Position numbers and translations under genes: made by a program. Of a stretch of 64,000 nucleotides of DNA, positions 25,810 through 38,177 are shown piece by piece (position 1 is the stretch's first letter; every line of letters starts with the position of its first letter). Under the pieces are notes generated by a model that was given only the letters and a program-made list of their open reading frames with translations, was not told where the DNA came from and searched no databases. Location: NCBI GenBank assembly GCA_024679065.1, contig JAGIQG010000040.1:3348001-3412000 (forward strand), given 5' to 3'. Source of the stretch: Sphyrna mokarran (lineage: Eukaryota).

Positions 25810-26085
25810 GCGAGTCTGTGTCCGGATAGATAATAATAATTGTGTTGCTGGATAAATCTCTGTGTCCTAGATTGATAATAATTGCCATGTTGTGGGACAG
25901 TCCCTGTGTTCTGGATTGATAATAATAGTCGTGTTGCTGGATGAGTCTCTGTGTCCCAGATTGAAAATAATTGCCATGTTGTGGGACAGTCCTTGTGTTC
26001 TGGATTGATAATAATAGTCGTGCTGCTGGATAAGTCTCTGTGTCCCGGATTGATAATAATAGCAGTGTTGCTGGGTGAGCCTTTG
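25810..26085 (+). repeat. ~40-bp-unit minisatellite
   Basis: Alternating GATTGATAATAATAGTCGTGTTGCTGGATAAGTCTCTGTGTCC and GATTGATAATAATTGCCATGTTGTGGGACAGTCCCTGTGTTCT units. Confidence 0.8.
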
Positions 26086-27294
26086 GGTCTGGTATTGACT
26101 CACTGGACCGAATGACCTCCTTCTGTACTGTAGGGATTCTATTCAATCTATTCTGTCTGCCTGGAATATTTCTACAATGCAGTAAATTAAAGGTATTGCG
26201 ATAGAAATGCTGAAAACAACATTTGATATCATATTCCATCCTTCAGATACAGAGAACGGCTAAATAACTCTGAGAGCGGGGAGAGAAAGATGGCTGAACA
26301 AACTCGTTGACCATAAACACTTATCCAGCGTTTTTAGGTTTCCCAAATCGCTTCTGGTGATTACTGCAAACTTTAAAAAAAATCATTTCCGTGATATGTA
26401 CATCGCTGGTTCGGCTGGCATTTGTTGCCAATTTCTAACTGCGTTTCAGAAAATTTCCGATGTTCTTCCCAATCAGAGATTTCCATTAAATCGATTTTCT
26501 TACCAAATGTTCTACTGTCTAGAACGCAACAAATCTTTTCTTAGGGATTTTATATTTATTAGTCAATGCTGATCAGAATCTAATCATGTCTTGAAAATTT
26601 AGGATAAAGTCGTTTATCAAAGACTGATGAATTTGTAGAATTCACGACTGCAGGAAGTATTTGAGATGTTGCGTAATTTCAAGAAGAAATTACATATAGG
26701 TCTTGGCGCTAAAGTGGTCAGAGGATATTGGGGGAAGGAGGGAATAAGGATAATGAATTTGATGATTAGCCATGATCATAATGAATGGAAAAATGAGATG
26801 AAAGTGCCGAATTGTCTACTTCTGCTTCTAATTTCAACATTTCGAGAATCTTTGGTATTTCTATGTTAGTAATTCCTAGTTTTAATACGTGCAAGTGACT
26901 GCGAAATTGAGAGATGTTAAATCATGTTCTTGTTCTAGGTAAGTAATACCTGAGACTAATCGTGAGTCAAAGTACACCAAGTTTATTAGAAAAGGTTTTG
27001 GGAGGGGCCTGGCACCTAATAGCAGTTCTCCGGGCTTCTCCCCGAAAACAAATGGAGAGTAAATATGTATACCCCCTTAGTCACGTCCGCAATTTCTCAG
27101 ACTCTGCAAGTTCCCAGGCTGTAGCTTGTCCTCCATCATGTGAACATTGCTGCCTTGGCAGTATCTTCACGGTCTCAAGGACTTGATTGTCTCAGCCATG
27201 CTCCTCTTTCCAATCAGCCGGTATCATATCGCAACACTTGTGGTGTGATTAGGTAACTTAACAAGCCGGCACAAACAAGTTAATTGGCATACAA

Positions 27295-30200
27295 CAAAGA
27301 ACAATGAAAAAAACAGCGCAGGAAACAGGCCCTTCAGCCCAACGAGCCCGCGCCGCCACCCCGATGTTCCCACCTCTACCCGTGATCCCTGTCTATGTTT
27401 AGAACATAGAACATAGAACATTACAGCGCAGAACAGGCCCTTCGGCCTTCAATGTTGCGCCGACCAATTATGAAAAAAGCAATGACCCTCCAAACTAAAC
27501 CATTCCTTTCTCTTCCATATACTTATCAACTAACCTCTTAAACGCCACCAAACTTGGCGCATCTACAACTGCTGCAGGCAGGGCATTCCACTCCCGAACC
27601 ACCCTTTGGGTAAAGAACCTACCTCTGATATCCGTCCTATAACTATCACCCCTTAATTTTAAGCTGTGTCCCCTCGTGCTAGCTTTCTCCATCCTAGGAA
27701 AAAGGCTATCACTGTCCACCCTATCTAAACCTCTAATCATAGAACATAGAACATAGAACAATACAGCACAGAACAGGCCCTTCGGCCTTCGATGTTGTGC
27801 CGACCAAAATAAAAAGCAATGCCCCTCCAAACTAAACCATCCCCTTCTCTTCCATACACTTATCAATTAACCTCTTAAACGCCACCAAACTTGGCGCATC
27901 TACAACAGCTGCAGGCAGGGCATTCCACTCCCTAATCACTCTTTGAGTAAGGAACCTACCTCTGATATCCGTCCTATAACTCATACCCCTTAATTTAAAG
28001 CTGTGTCCCCTCGTGCTAGCTTTCTCCATCCTAGGAAAAAGGCTATCACTGTCCACCCTATCTCAACCTCTAATCATCTTATATGCTTCAATAAGATCCC
28101 CTCTTAGCCGCCTCCTTTCTAACGAAAACAACCTCAAATCCTTCAACCTCTCTTCATAGGACCTGCCCTCCATACCAGGCAACATCCTGGTATATGTTTC
28201 GATAAGGTCCTTATATAAGGTCGATAAGGTTCTTATATGTTTCGATAAGGTCTCCTCTTAGCCGCCTCCTTTCTAACGAAAACAACCTCAAATCCCTCAG
28301 CCTCTCCTCATAAGACCTGCCCTCCATACCAGGCAACATCCTGGTAAACCTCCTCTGTACCCTCTCCAATGCCTCCAGATCTTTCTTATAATGTGGCGAC
28401 CAGAACTGCACACAATACTCCAAGTGCGGCCGCACTAGAGTTTTGTACAGTTGCAACATGACGTTGCGGCTCCGAAATTCAATCCCCCTACCAATAAAAG
28501 CTAAGACTCCATATGCCTTCTTAACAACCTTATCGACTTGACTGCCTACTTTCAGGGATCTATGCACAAATACACCAAGATCCCTCTGTTCATCAACACT
28601 ATTAAGAATCCTACCATTAGCCCTATACTCTACACATTTATTATTCCTGCCAAAGTGCATTACCTCACACTTTTCCACATTAAACTCCATTTGCCACATC
28701 TCAGCCCAGCTCTGCAACTTGTCTAAGTTTCTCTGCAAACTATAACACCCCTCTTCACTATCTACCACTCCACCGACTTTACACATCTATGGATTAAAAA
28801 CGAAATTTGAGACAATTTAGGGAGAATTTGTTTTGCCAATTAGCCTAAGAGCACATCTTTGGGATCTGGGAGGAAACCTTGTCAGACCACACTTGGAGTA
28901 CTGTGCGCAGTTCTGGTCGCCTCACTATAGGAAGGACATGGAAGCTATTGAAAGGGTGGAGAGGAGATTTACAAGGATGTTGCCTGGATTGGGAGGCGTG
29001 CCTTATGAAGGCAGGTTGAGGGACCTGGGACTGTTCTTCCTGGAGAGACGAAGGTTGAGAGGCGACCTGATAGAGGTTTACAAGATGTTCAGAGGAATAG
29101 ATAGGGTGGACTCTCAGAGACTATTTCCCAGGGCTGAAACGGTCGCGACGAGAGGGCACAGATTTAAGGTGCAGGGAAGCAAGTACAGAGGGGATACTAG
29201 GAGAAAGTTTTTCACTCAGAGGGTGGTGAGTGAATGGAATCCGCTGCCGTCGGTGGTGGTCGAGGCGAACTCGCTGGGGTCTTTTAAAAGACTTCTGGAT
29301 GAGTATATGGGATCCAATGGGATTGGGGGTCATAGATAGGTCTATGGCTGGGTAGGTTTTGATGTGTTCGGCACAACTTGTGGGCCGAAGGGCCTGTTTG
29401 TGCTGTAGTGTTCTATGTCCTATGAAACCGGAGCACCCGGAGAAAACCCACGCAAGCACGGGGAGAATGCGCAAACTCCCACAGACACAAGCCCAAATCC
29501 ATGTATCTGCATAGCACAGCGATAGTCACTGAGCTGTCGTGTTGTCCATCAAACGGTCCAGGTCAAGCGTACACTAACAACGTGAAGCACTAGGATACTC
29601 TTGAAAAAAATCCAAGAGCAGCCCTCTCACGACCCATCGCGTTGTATGCCCCTCGTTAGACAACAAGGTGGACCAAAGCACCTGTAGGATAAAAACAAGT
29701 ACATCAATGTCATCATCTATTTACACACTTCCCAGGGACTCCCAAGGCTCATGATCCCTATTTTAAATCAGTTTTTGTGTGGGGTTGGTTGTGTTGTGGT
29801 GTGTTTTTTTTTTTTTTTTTGTTGGGTTGTGGGGGGTTTTTTTTGGTGTTTGTTGTTTTTTTTTTGTGTGTTGTGTGTTTTTTGGGGTTTGTTTCTCTAA
29901 TATCTTATATGTTCATAAGATCCCCCTAGCCGCCTCCTTTCTAACGAAAAACCTCAAATCCTTCAACCTCTCTTCATAGGACCGCCCTCCATACCAGGCA
30001 ACATCCTGGTAAACCTCCTCTGTACCCTCTCCAATGCCTCCACATCTTTCTTATAATGTGGGACCAGAATGCACACAATACTCCAAGTGCGGCCGCACTA
30101 GAGTTTTGTACAGTTGACATGATGCTGCGGCTCCTAATTCAATCCCTACAATAAAGCTAAGATCCATATGCCTTCTTAACAACTTTATCCACTTGACTGC

Positions 30201-30513
30201 CTATTTCAGGGATCTATTGACACATACACCAAGATCTTCTGTTCCTCAACACTATTAAGAGCCCTACCATTAGCCCTATACTTACACATTTATTGTTCCT
30301 GCCAAAGTGCATTACCTCACACTTTCCACATTAAACTCCATTTGCCACCTCTCGGCCCAGCTCTGCAACTTGTCCAAGTCACTCTGTAAACTAAAACACC
30401 CCTCTTCACTATCTACCACACCACCATACCATCCATTCCCATTCTGTTCATGTGCCCATCTAAGTATTTCTTAAATAACTCCAGAGTGCCTGCCTCCACC
30501 ATTTTACTTGGCA
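27295..30513 (-). mobile_element. nested LINE stack: host CR1 (long-UTR family) interrupted by younger CR1 insertions
   Basis: Host pieces at 27295-27398, 28786-28878, 29425-29770 and 30430-30513. Inserts at 27399-28785 (-, tandem 3' ends), 28879-29424 (+, TSD GAAACC) and ~29895-30425 (-). Confidence 0.8.
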
Positions 30514-31278
30514 AGGTGGCAGGGGCCTTATAACAATTTTACGTCTGGATATACCTGTATAGAATATAGTATATCAGTAAGTATATCATTTCATATATAG
30601 TAAGTAACTACTTATGAAAGCGTGAATGTAAGCTCCATTATATTAAACAGAAGTCCATAATATTGAAAGACACAAAGTCGATACTAGTTGGGTTAACCAC
30701 ATTCCTGGACACAATTTAACTGGGAAAATCATAAGCTCGTGTACAACAGCAGGGACAGTTGCTTCTCTTATCTGTTTTTGGATACTTGAAAATACGTCTT
30801 ACAATACTTTTTACAAATCTCTAACTATTAGAAAGTTCATTAACGCATTCCCTTCTTCATTGTCAGTATTAGGATTTGCCTCAGCTGGCGTGCTTCAGTT
30901 TATAATATTGATTAATATTTCAATCAATCCTTAAATTATTTGTTCCTTTACCATGAATGTATTTTTTTCTGAAACACCAGAACAAGGACACAACAGTTAC
31001 ACAGATTCTATTCTGAATGTTTATGGCTTCTTACCCATGAGCCTCAAATAAACGGCAGTAAATTCTTCCCTCGCACACTGAATGCAATAATCAGATGAAA
31101 TTTGTGAACAATTTCAGATGGTGTCTGTATGATTTATTATTGGAATTGCGGTCACGGGAATGTATTCAAGTGTCAGTGTGTGGCGCACTGTCGTGAACAG
31201 GTCTCAGCAAACTGCAGCTATGACCCAGAAACATGTGGCAGTTTTTGTACGAGGATTTCCCTCGTTTTGATCGCTGTG

Positions 31279-32251
31279 AGATCTTGTGCACAGTAATAGA
31301 CCGCGGTGTCAGACAGCCTTAACTCCGAGATTTTCAGTTGGTACAACTTGTCTGACGGCTGGACTGAATCAGAAAACCGGGTCTGAGCGAAATCTGCTTT
31401 AAAAGGATCACTGCCGTCCGTGTACCTGCCGACCGCAAACTCAGGGTTTCCGTCTGGGTATTGACGGGACCAGGATAAATGAACATTGTCGCTGTAGGTG
31501 CAATTTAAAGTGATATCTTCTCCCTCTGTCCGTGTGAATGATGATTCCCGCTGAGTATCAGAATCTAGAACACACGGTTAAAGGAAGAAAAGCATTTATC
31601 AAAAGTTCAACTGAACTGAGGGTGAATATTCATATAACATATTCATGTAACATAAAGACATAACATTCGCTCCAATTGACCCTTGTCCTCTCCATCCAAC
31701 CTCATCTCAAATGCCTATGTTTCTTTCTTCCTCAGTTGTTTGTCGAGTTTACATTTAAATTAGTCCGTGCACTCTACTGGAGTATTAATTGTGTAACTGT
31801 TTCTGAAAAAGTTTCTCTCCATTTCCCTGTTGACATTTTTGTTTGACTTAGATTTGTGGGACATAGATTTGAAATTCTCTCAACGTGTAATCTTCTCTCT
31901 CCGTCCATCGCACCAAACCTCTTCATCATTTTAAATACAGCAATCAGGTTAGCCTTTAGTCTTCCCGCCAGGATAGAAATTAACCATAATCTTCACATTG
32001 CTTTTTGCTAGAGGTCATCTTCGAATACTGGTATCGGTTTCCTACGCGTTTTGCCAAACTGTAATCCCGTAAGGAAAATCCAAGCGCAAAGACACAAATA
32101 TGGCAGGCCCCACACCTGTTTAACAGGAGTGCTCTGCTTTTCAAATTTATTCCTTCGGAAATTACGCTCGTGTTTACTGCTTTTTTTAAATTTTAAACTT
32201 CTTACCAACAAGGAATGTCACCCAGATCACAGTGAGAATAGAGAGACGCAT
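31279..32251 (-). CDS. TCR alpha/delta V segment, open frame (leader 32251-32206, V exon 31564-31279); absent from the ORF track
   Basis: Leader MRLSILTVIWVTFLV/GTAAGA. V exon DSDTQRESSFTRTEGEDITLNCTYSDNVHLSWSRQYPDGNPEFAVGRYTDGSDPFKADFAQTRFSDSVQPSDKLYQLKISELRLSDTAVYYCAQD. RSS CACAGCG(31278-31272)-23-ACAAAAACT(31248-31240). Confidence 0.88.
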
Positions 32252-32572
32252 TGTTGTTGCTGTTACTGGATTCCAGGGATTTCTTGTGCCTCCGAAACCT
32301 TCAGAATATCAGACAAGATAAAGTATTGGCTGTGGCTGGCCTGCCGTCACATACTACAGAACCTATGGTAAGAAGAGCTGAGATCATTAGATCGAGAATA
32401 AAAAGCTGATTGGATGCCACTATCTGCCAATTGTTTCTTTTCCTGACAGAGTCATCAGGTGGCATCCAATCATCTCTTTGGTCCAGTTCTAAATAGACAT
32501 TCCTGCCTTCTTGAACCCCGGTGAAACCATTCGCGCTGAAGGTAGCTGACAGGTACCGGAAATACTCTCTGA

Positions 32573-33103
32573 GACTTTTGTACGGATTTTAGCAGTAATC
32601 TAACGCTTGTGCCTCACGACACAGCAATAGAACGCTCCATCCCCCACGTTGAGGGCGCTTATAATGAGATAACCGTTCTGTTTAGACTCGTCATCAGCCG
32701 CCAGATGTCATCCTGAAATTTCATTTTCATTCAGAATTGCTAATAATCCATCTCAGTGGCTGTGCCAGTTTCTGCTGATGCCGTTCATGCTGTACATAAC
32801 CTTGTCTATATATTGACAATGCAACTGCACCAAACTCTTTTCTCATGCGGTTATTGTGAGTGGTGACTGAGTTACTGGATCTGCGCATAATCCGTCTGTG
32901 AAGGTAGAGGAATGAAACATCAAGGGTCAATGTAAGATTGCTTATATCTGTCATAGTTTGTGGTGCGTCCCATCTGCGACTCACATGGATGTTTCTGATG
33001 GTTAACTATTTTGTCATCTATGTGCATAACTATGTTCATCTGGATTGATGAACATTGCCCAATATTTACTGTGCAAGAATGCCACCACTATGATCAGGCA
33101 CAT
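32573..33103 (-). pseudogene. TCR V pseudogene
   Basis: Leader-like MCLIIVVAFLH/GTAAAT. Frameshifted V ..HQQKLAQPLRWIIS..GYLIISALNVGDGAFYCCVVR. Degenerate RSS CACAAGC..ACAAAAGTC. Confidence 0.75.
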
Positions 33104-33359
33104 GGTTGAGCGAATCTTTCTCAATGAATGGGAACGGAATGAGTCAGAGATTGAGAAGGAGAGAGGGAACCCAGGCTCTATTCAAATGATTGCAGAGGGC
33201 GTGTGTGTGAGTCTCTGTGTGCGTGGGTCAGTGTGAGTTTATATGTGTGTGTGTGTGTGTGTATGGGGGTGGGGAGTCTATTGTGACCTCATCAGCCAAC
33301 CATCCATACAATTTTCAGTGATAATATCACGAGAGTTTCTGGCAGCTCGGCTAGAATGT

Positions 33360-33374
33360 GGCGTCATCTGCTGG
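33360..33374 (-). promoter_or_regulatory. CTCF-like motif with upstream TGCAAT module
   Basis: Minus strand reads TGCAATAatcagaatccgCCAGCAGATGACGCC. Confidence 0.5.
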
Positions 33375-34001
33375 CGGATTCTGATTATTGCACGCTGAAA
33401 TTTGGCTGTTGATTGGATTCCTGACTGCAATCATACCAAATTATATATGCTGTCGAAAAATCTAAATTGGGGTTCTTTGACACTGGCTTCGTTATTGTTG
33501 ATATTTATTTGGGAAAATAATGCTGATTAAAATAATGGCTGGAATTCGCTGTTCAAATTCTGGGCACAATGAAGCTGAGAGAACGCCCATACTTTTGAAT
33601 AACTATGGAGGTTACAAATCAAAATAGTGTCAAGGATTAACAGATTAATTTGGTTTACTTTGCTTATAACTAAGAATGTGCAAAAAGCGACTCAGTTGAC
33701 GTGTTCAGAATGTTGCACTTTTCAGAGAGTAAAATGTAGTCCTTTATAAATTCACCTCCTCTTCTGTTTTAATTTCTGCGGGCAGTGGCTGAGTGATAGG
33801 ATCTCCAAGAGCCACATCTGGAAAAGTTTACCTTTTCTAGAAGAGTTAGACTAATGAAAAATTGTTCTCCACCACAAGTGCAGTCTCAAATTTGAAAAAG
33901 GGAATATATAAAAATGCGATAGAATTTATGAGCAGAAATTGTTGAACACAAACATGAGTTCTGAAGATTCACGGGTGATAAAAAGCTGCACTTTGTCTCC
34001 A

Positions 34002-34015
34002 CCACCAGAGGGCAG
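34002..34015 (+). promoter_or_regulatory. CTCF-binding motif
   Basis: CCACCAGAGGGCAG, preceded by CTGCAC. Confidence 0.6.
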
Positions 34016-34455
34016 GAAGCTACTGTGTTGCGCTCAGCGTCGGGGCTGATTGCAGTCTCACCACACCGGCCAAGTAACAGTATTGAGAAAATGTACTTAA
34101 AAGAGTAAATGTTGGAACAGAAATAGTATTTTACCATTGATAACAAAATTATATTGTTTAACGAGATATGTTATGAGGTTTCAAAGTTGCTGTTACTGTT
34201 GATTTCTCGTTCTTCAGTTGGCTCTTGACATTCTTTGTGTAATGTAGCGAGTTATATAGGTACTTTATAAACAAAAGCTCCCAGTTCCAAATAATCGAAT
34301 TAGCAATATTGGGCGGATATTTTGCTTGAGCTTTAAGTCTTCAAATGCTGATGTGCTGAGTTATTCTAACAATTTCAGCTCTTGCTCGAGATGTCTGAAC
34401 TAATTTGGAGAAAGAGAAATGAGTTGTATTTTGGTCACGTTTAGGTACATTACGT

Positions 34456-34545
34456 ACATCGTCGGTCAAGGGTTATGATTCTCGCTGAGAGAATTTTAAT
34501 TAGCGAGCATGCGAAAGATGTAGGTTTCAAATCCCAGAGAAGTCC
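34456..34545 (+). pseudogene. degenerate tRNA-Pro-like relic with an insertion after the anticodon
   Basis: TCGTCGGTCAAGGGTTATGATTCTCGCT..(insert)..TGCGAAAGATGTAGGTTTCAAATCCCAGAGAAGTCC aligns by eye to vertebrate tRNA-Pro. Confidence 0.5.
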
Positions 34546-34829
34546 TTTGACTGTCTCCTTTGGGTAAAGTCAGGTATTATGATTTGTTTACGGCGCATAC
34601 CGCATCCGCTGGCTAACTCCGAGAAAGGGTCATAGAGGCACACAGTTTTACAGCACAGAAAGAGGCCATTCGGTCCAACGTGTCTGGGCCTGCCATCCGA
34701 GGTCTGGACTGGAAACGTTAACTCTGTTTCTCTCTCCACAGATACTACCAAAACTATTGAAATAACCCAGCATTTTCTGTTTTTATTTCAGATTTGCAGT
34801 GTGCTGCATTATATTAGGCTTTATATTTT

Positions 34830-35435
34830 GGGCTGACAAGTGACATCCACACCACACAAATGCCAGGCAATGATCAAGACCAATAAGAGACAATCTAACT
34901 ACCACCCCTTGACGGTCAATTGTGTTGCCATCACAGAATTATCTCTGTTAATATCTTTGTGATTACCATTGACTAAAAACTCAACTGCACGCAGACAAAC
35001 AGAGTGGCTACGAGAGCAGGTCAGAGGCTAGGAATACTGTGGCGAGTAACACACATCCTAACTCTCTATAGTCTGTCCGCCATCTGCAAGATACAAATGG
35101 AGTGTGACGGAATACCCGCCATTGGCCTGGATGAGTGCAGCTCCAAAAACATGCAGGAAGCTTGCCACCATCCAGGACTAAGCAGATTGTATGATTGGCA
35201 CATATCCACAAAAAAAATTCTTCCTTCCACCGACGATTAGTAGCAGCGGCAAGTACGATCTACAAGATGCACTGCAACAATTCATCAAATACCCTGAGAT
35301 AGCATCTTCCAAACCCCGATCACTTGCACCTAGAAGGACAAGGATAGTAGATACATAGGAACACCGCCACCTTGGAAGTTCTCTTCCAAGCCACTCATCA
35401 CCCTCGCTTGGAAATATATTGCCGTTCCTTCACAT
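34830..35435 (+). mobile_element. degenerate non-LTR LINE 3' fragment (CR1/L2-like)
   Basis: ..ATRAGQRLGILWRVTHIL..LSAICK..; homologous to 25098-25770. Confidence 0.6.
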
Positions 35436-36246
35436 GGCCTCATTCTGTGGTGAAATAATTCTCTGACTCAATGTTTACCTCACCCTGAAGCCGTTAACTA
35501 TAAAGTCTTTTCTTATTTCATCTCTCTTGACTATCAGAGCCTATTCCAGTGACTTAACTTTTCTCCCTCCCGAATTTCGCTTGTTTCAAACTTCTAAAAG
35601 AGGAAATGTTGGAAACTCTCAGCAGGTCTGGCAGCATCTGCAAGGAGAGAAAAGAGCTGACCTTTCAAGTCCAAATGACCCTTTGTCAAAGCTGTCGGAG
35701 ATAAAAGCAGTTCTTCTTCAGGGTAAGCATTGCGGGAAGAGAAATGGCAGTGAGTTAAACACTGTTCAGAAGCGATTTACTGCGGATGCTGGAATCTGAA
35801 ACCAAAAAAGGAAATGGTGAACAATCTCCTCAGTCTTGCAGCATCTGTAAGGGGAGAAAATAACTGATCTTTCGACCCTTTGTCAAACCCGGATGACAAC
35901 CCAAAATTGTCAACTTTGTCAACCCAAAATATAAAGCCTAATATAATACTAAAAATACTACGGATACTACGGATTCTGCAAATCTGAAATAAAAACAGAA
36001 AATGCTGGGTTATTTTCCAGCATTTTCTCTTCTGGGATCAGATTCGAGCATCTGCAGTAATAGGCTTTTATCCCACCGTTTTAACCTTCCCTGGTTGTAA
36101 AGTCATAGAGGTGTAAGATAGGCTTTGTTTCCCTGTCCACAGGGAATTTCTAAGTTTCTGCAACATCGTCTATGTTCGCTGCACATATGCGATTGGCGTC
36201 GAATGGCAATGAGAGTAACATTTCGTTCAATCAGTGCCTGCTTCTC

Positions 36247-36325
36247 GGCCCTTGGTGTAGCAGTCTAATTCTCACTTTGGCTGTCTTAAGCACCGAGATC
36301 CTGACTTCAAACCCGGGACGAGCCC
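36247..36325 (+). pseudogene. degenerate tRNA-Pro-like relic
   Basis: GGCCCTTGGTGTAG..ATTCTCACTTTGG..(insert)..TTCAAACCCGGGACGAGCCC; the 3' end GGACGAGCCC is typical of tRNA-Pro. Confidence 0.5.
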
Positions 36326-36417
36326 TACTGTGTCCTCTTGTCCCAGTTACATCAAAAAAAGAGTAGGTCATTTGAAAATCATCTACTATTCATTGTTCAT
36401 GACTGATAAGATCATGA

Positions 36418-37430
36418 ACGGCGCTGTAGCACAATGGTTAACACTGCTGCTTCACGGGTCCTGGTTTCGACTACCGGCTCGGGTCACTATTTGTGAGGAG
36501 TTTGCACATTCTCCTCGTGACTGCGTGGGTTTCCTTCGGGTACTCCCGTTTCCTCCCACAGTCCAAACATGTGTTGATTAGGTTGATTGGCCATGTTAAG
36601 AAATTGCCCTGTAGTGTCCGGGGATGAGTACCTTAGAAGAATTACTAAGGTTAGATGGATTAGTAGGCATAATATTAGGGATATGGAGGGTAGGGCCTGG
36701 GTAGGATTGTGTTCGGTGCAGACTCAATGGGCCTCTTTCTGCACTGTAGGGTTCTATGATTTGATTTTTTCCTATGGCAGTCAAATTCAATATTCTGATT
36801 TGCCAGATAGCTCCAAAAACGGTATCAAATTTCTTCTTGAAATCATGCAATGTTTGGCCTCAACTACTTTCTGTAGGAGTGAACTCTGCAGATTCACCTC
36901 CTTGGCTGAAAGAATTTCTCCTGATCTCAGCCCTTATCATGAAACTACAATCCCCAATTCTGGACTCGCCCACCATCGGGAACACTCTTTCTGAATCTGT
37001 CCTGTTTAATCCGGTCAGAATGTTACAAGATTCAATTAAAGTCATAGAACAGAATCACAAAATCCTTACAACGCAAAAGGAAGTAATTCTGCCCACCGTG
37101 TACCGACCACAATCCCACACCAGTCCCACTCCTGTAACCCCACATATTTACGCTCTTAATCCCCCTGACACGAGGGTCAATTTAGCATGGCTAATTAACC
37201 TAACCCGCACATCAGACCACAATCCTACCTAGGCCCCACATCTGTAATCCTAAGAATGTATCTTGCTAATTCCCATGACATTAGAGTCAATTTAGCACGG
37301 CCAATCAATCTAATTTGCATTTTTGGACAAAGAGAGGAAACTGGAGCACCCGGAGGAAACCCATTCAGACATAGGGAGAAAGTGCAAAATCCACACAATC
37401 TGATTCGAGGCCAGAATTGAACCTGGTGGT
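36418..37430. mobile_element. cluster: V-SINE (+, 36418-36760), CR1 3' fragment (-, 36765-37040), V-SINE (-, 37050-37430)
   Basis: SINE head and V-domain motifs, plus the CR1 peptide ..RTDSERVFPMVGESRIG.. Confidence 0.7.
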
Positions 37431-38177
37431 ATTATCCCTAGATGCTTAATCCAAAAGCTCAGCTCAAATTCTATAGAGCCAATTCAATAAAAAAATTACA
37501 CTGAAGGAGCTGGTTCAGTAATGCACGTTAGGGAAGGAAAACTGCATTCTTTACCTGGTCTGGCCAATATGTGACATTACAGTCACTACAATGTTGGGCA
37601 ATAAATGCCGGCCAACCAGTGGCAGCCATGTCCCATATACAGATCAAAATTTCACTGGAATCACGATTGAAATTGTCCTGAAAGTAAGGCTAATGGGCGT
37701 ATTAAAAAAAAAAGATAGAATTATTTAGCCTTCCTTAGCTTTCGGGTCACAGTAACAAAATAAGCTGGTTTTTGTGGAATGTGAATTATTGAGCATGTTG
37801 AATCAGTAGTTTTATGGAGGAAATGAAGAGCTATGCAGATAGCGCGGGAAAGTGGCGTTCAGGCTGATCAGTCCTGATCTAACTGAATGATAAAACAGAA
37901 TCGAAGGGCAGAATGGCCTACTGCTGTTCTCATGTACCTACACCCGATTTACCCATTTTCTTCCCACGTCAATCATTATATCTAGATATTCTCTCTGCAA
38001 GGATAGTGATTGTCACCCAGCTGACTATGTCTCTGTTCACTGTCTGTTATCTCACCACCTAGGTGTTACGCAGCACCACTGGCGACGGCGCTGAGAACAT
38101 CTGGAGACAGGAAGCTGACGATTGAGAGGAAGGTTTAGACTTGATGAAATCAATCTTCTACAGCGTGGACAGCGACA

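Noticed and set aside
25775-26239. Repetitive ORFs with QQHDYYYQS motifs
   Set aside because: Translation of a minisatellite with no splice or promoter support.
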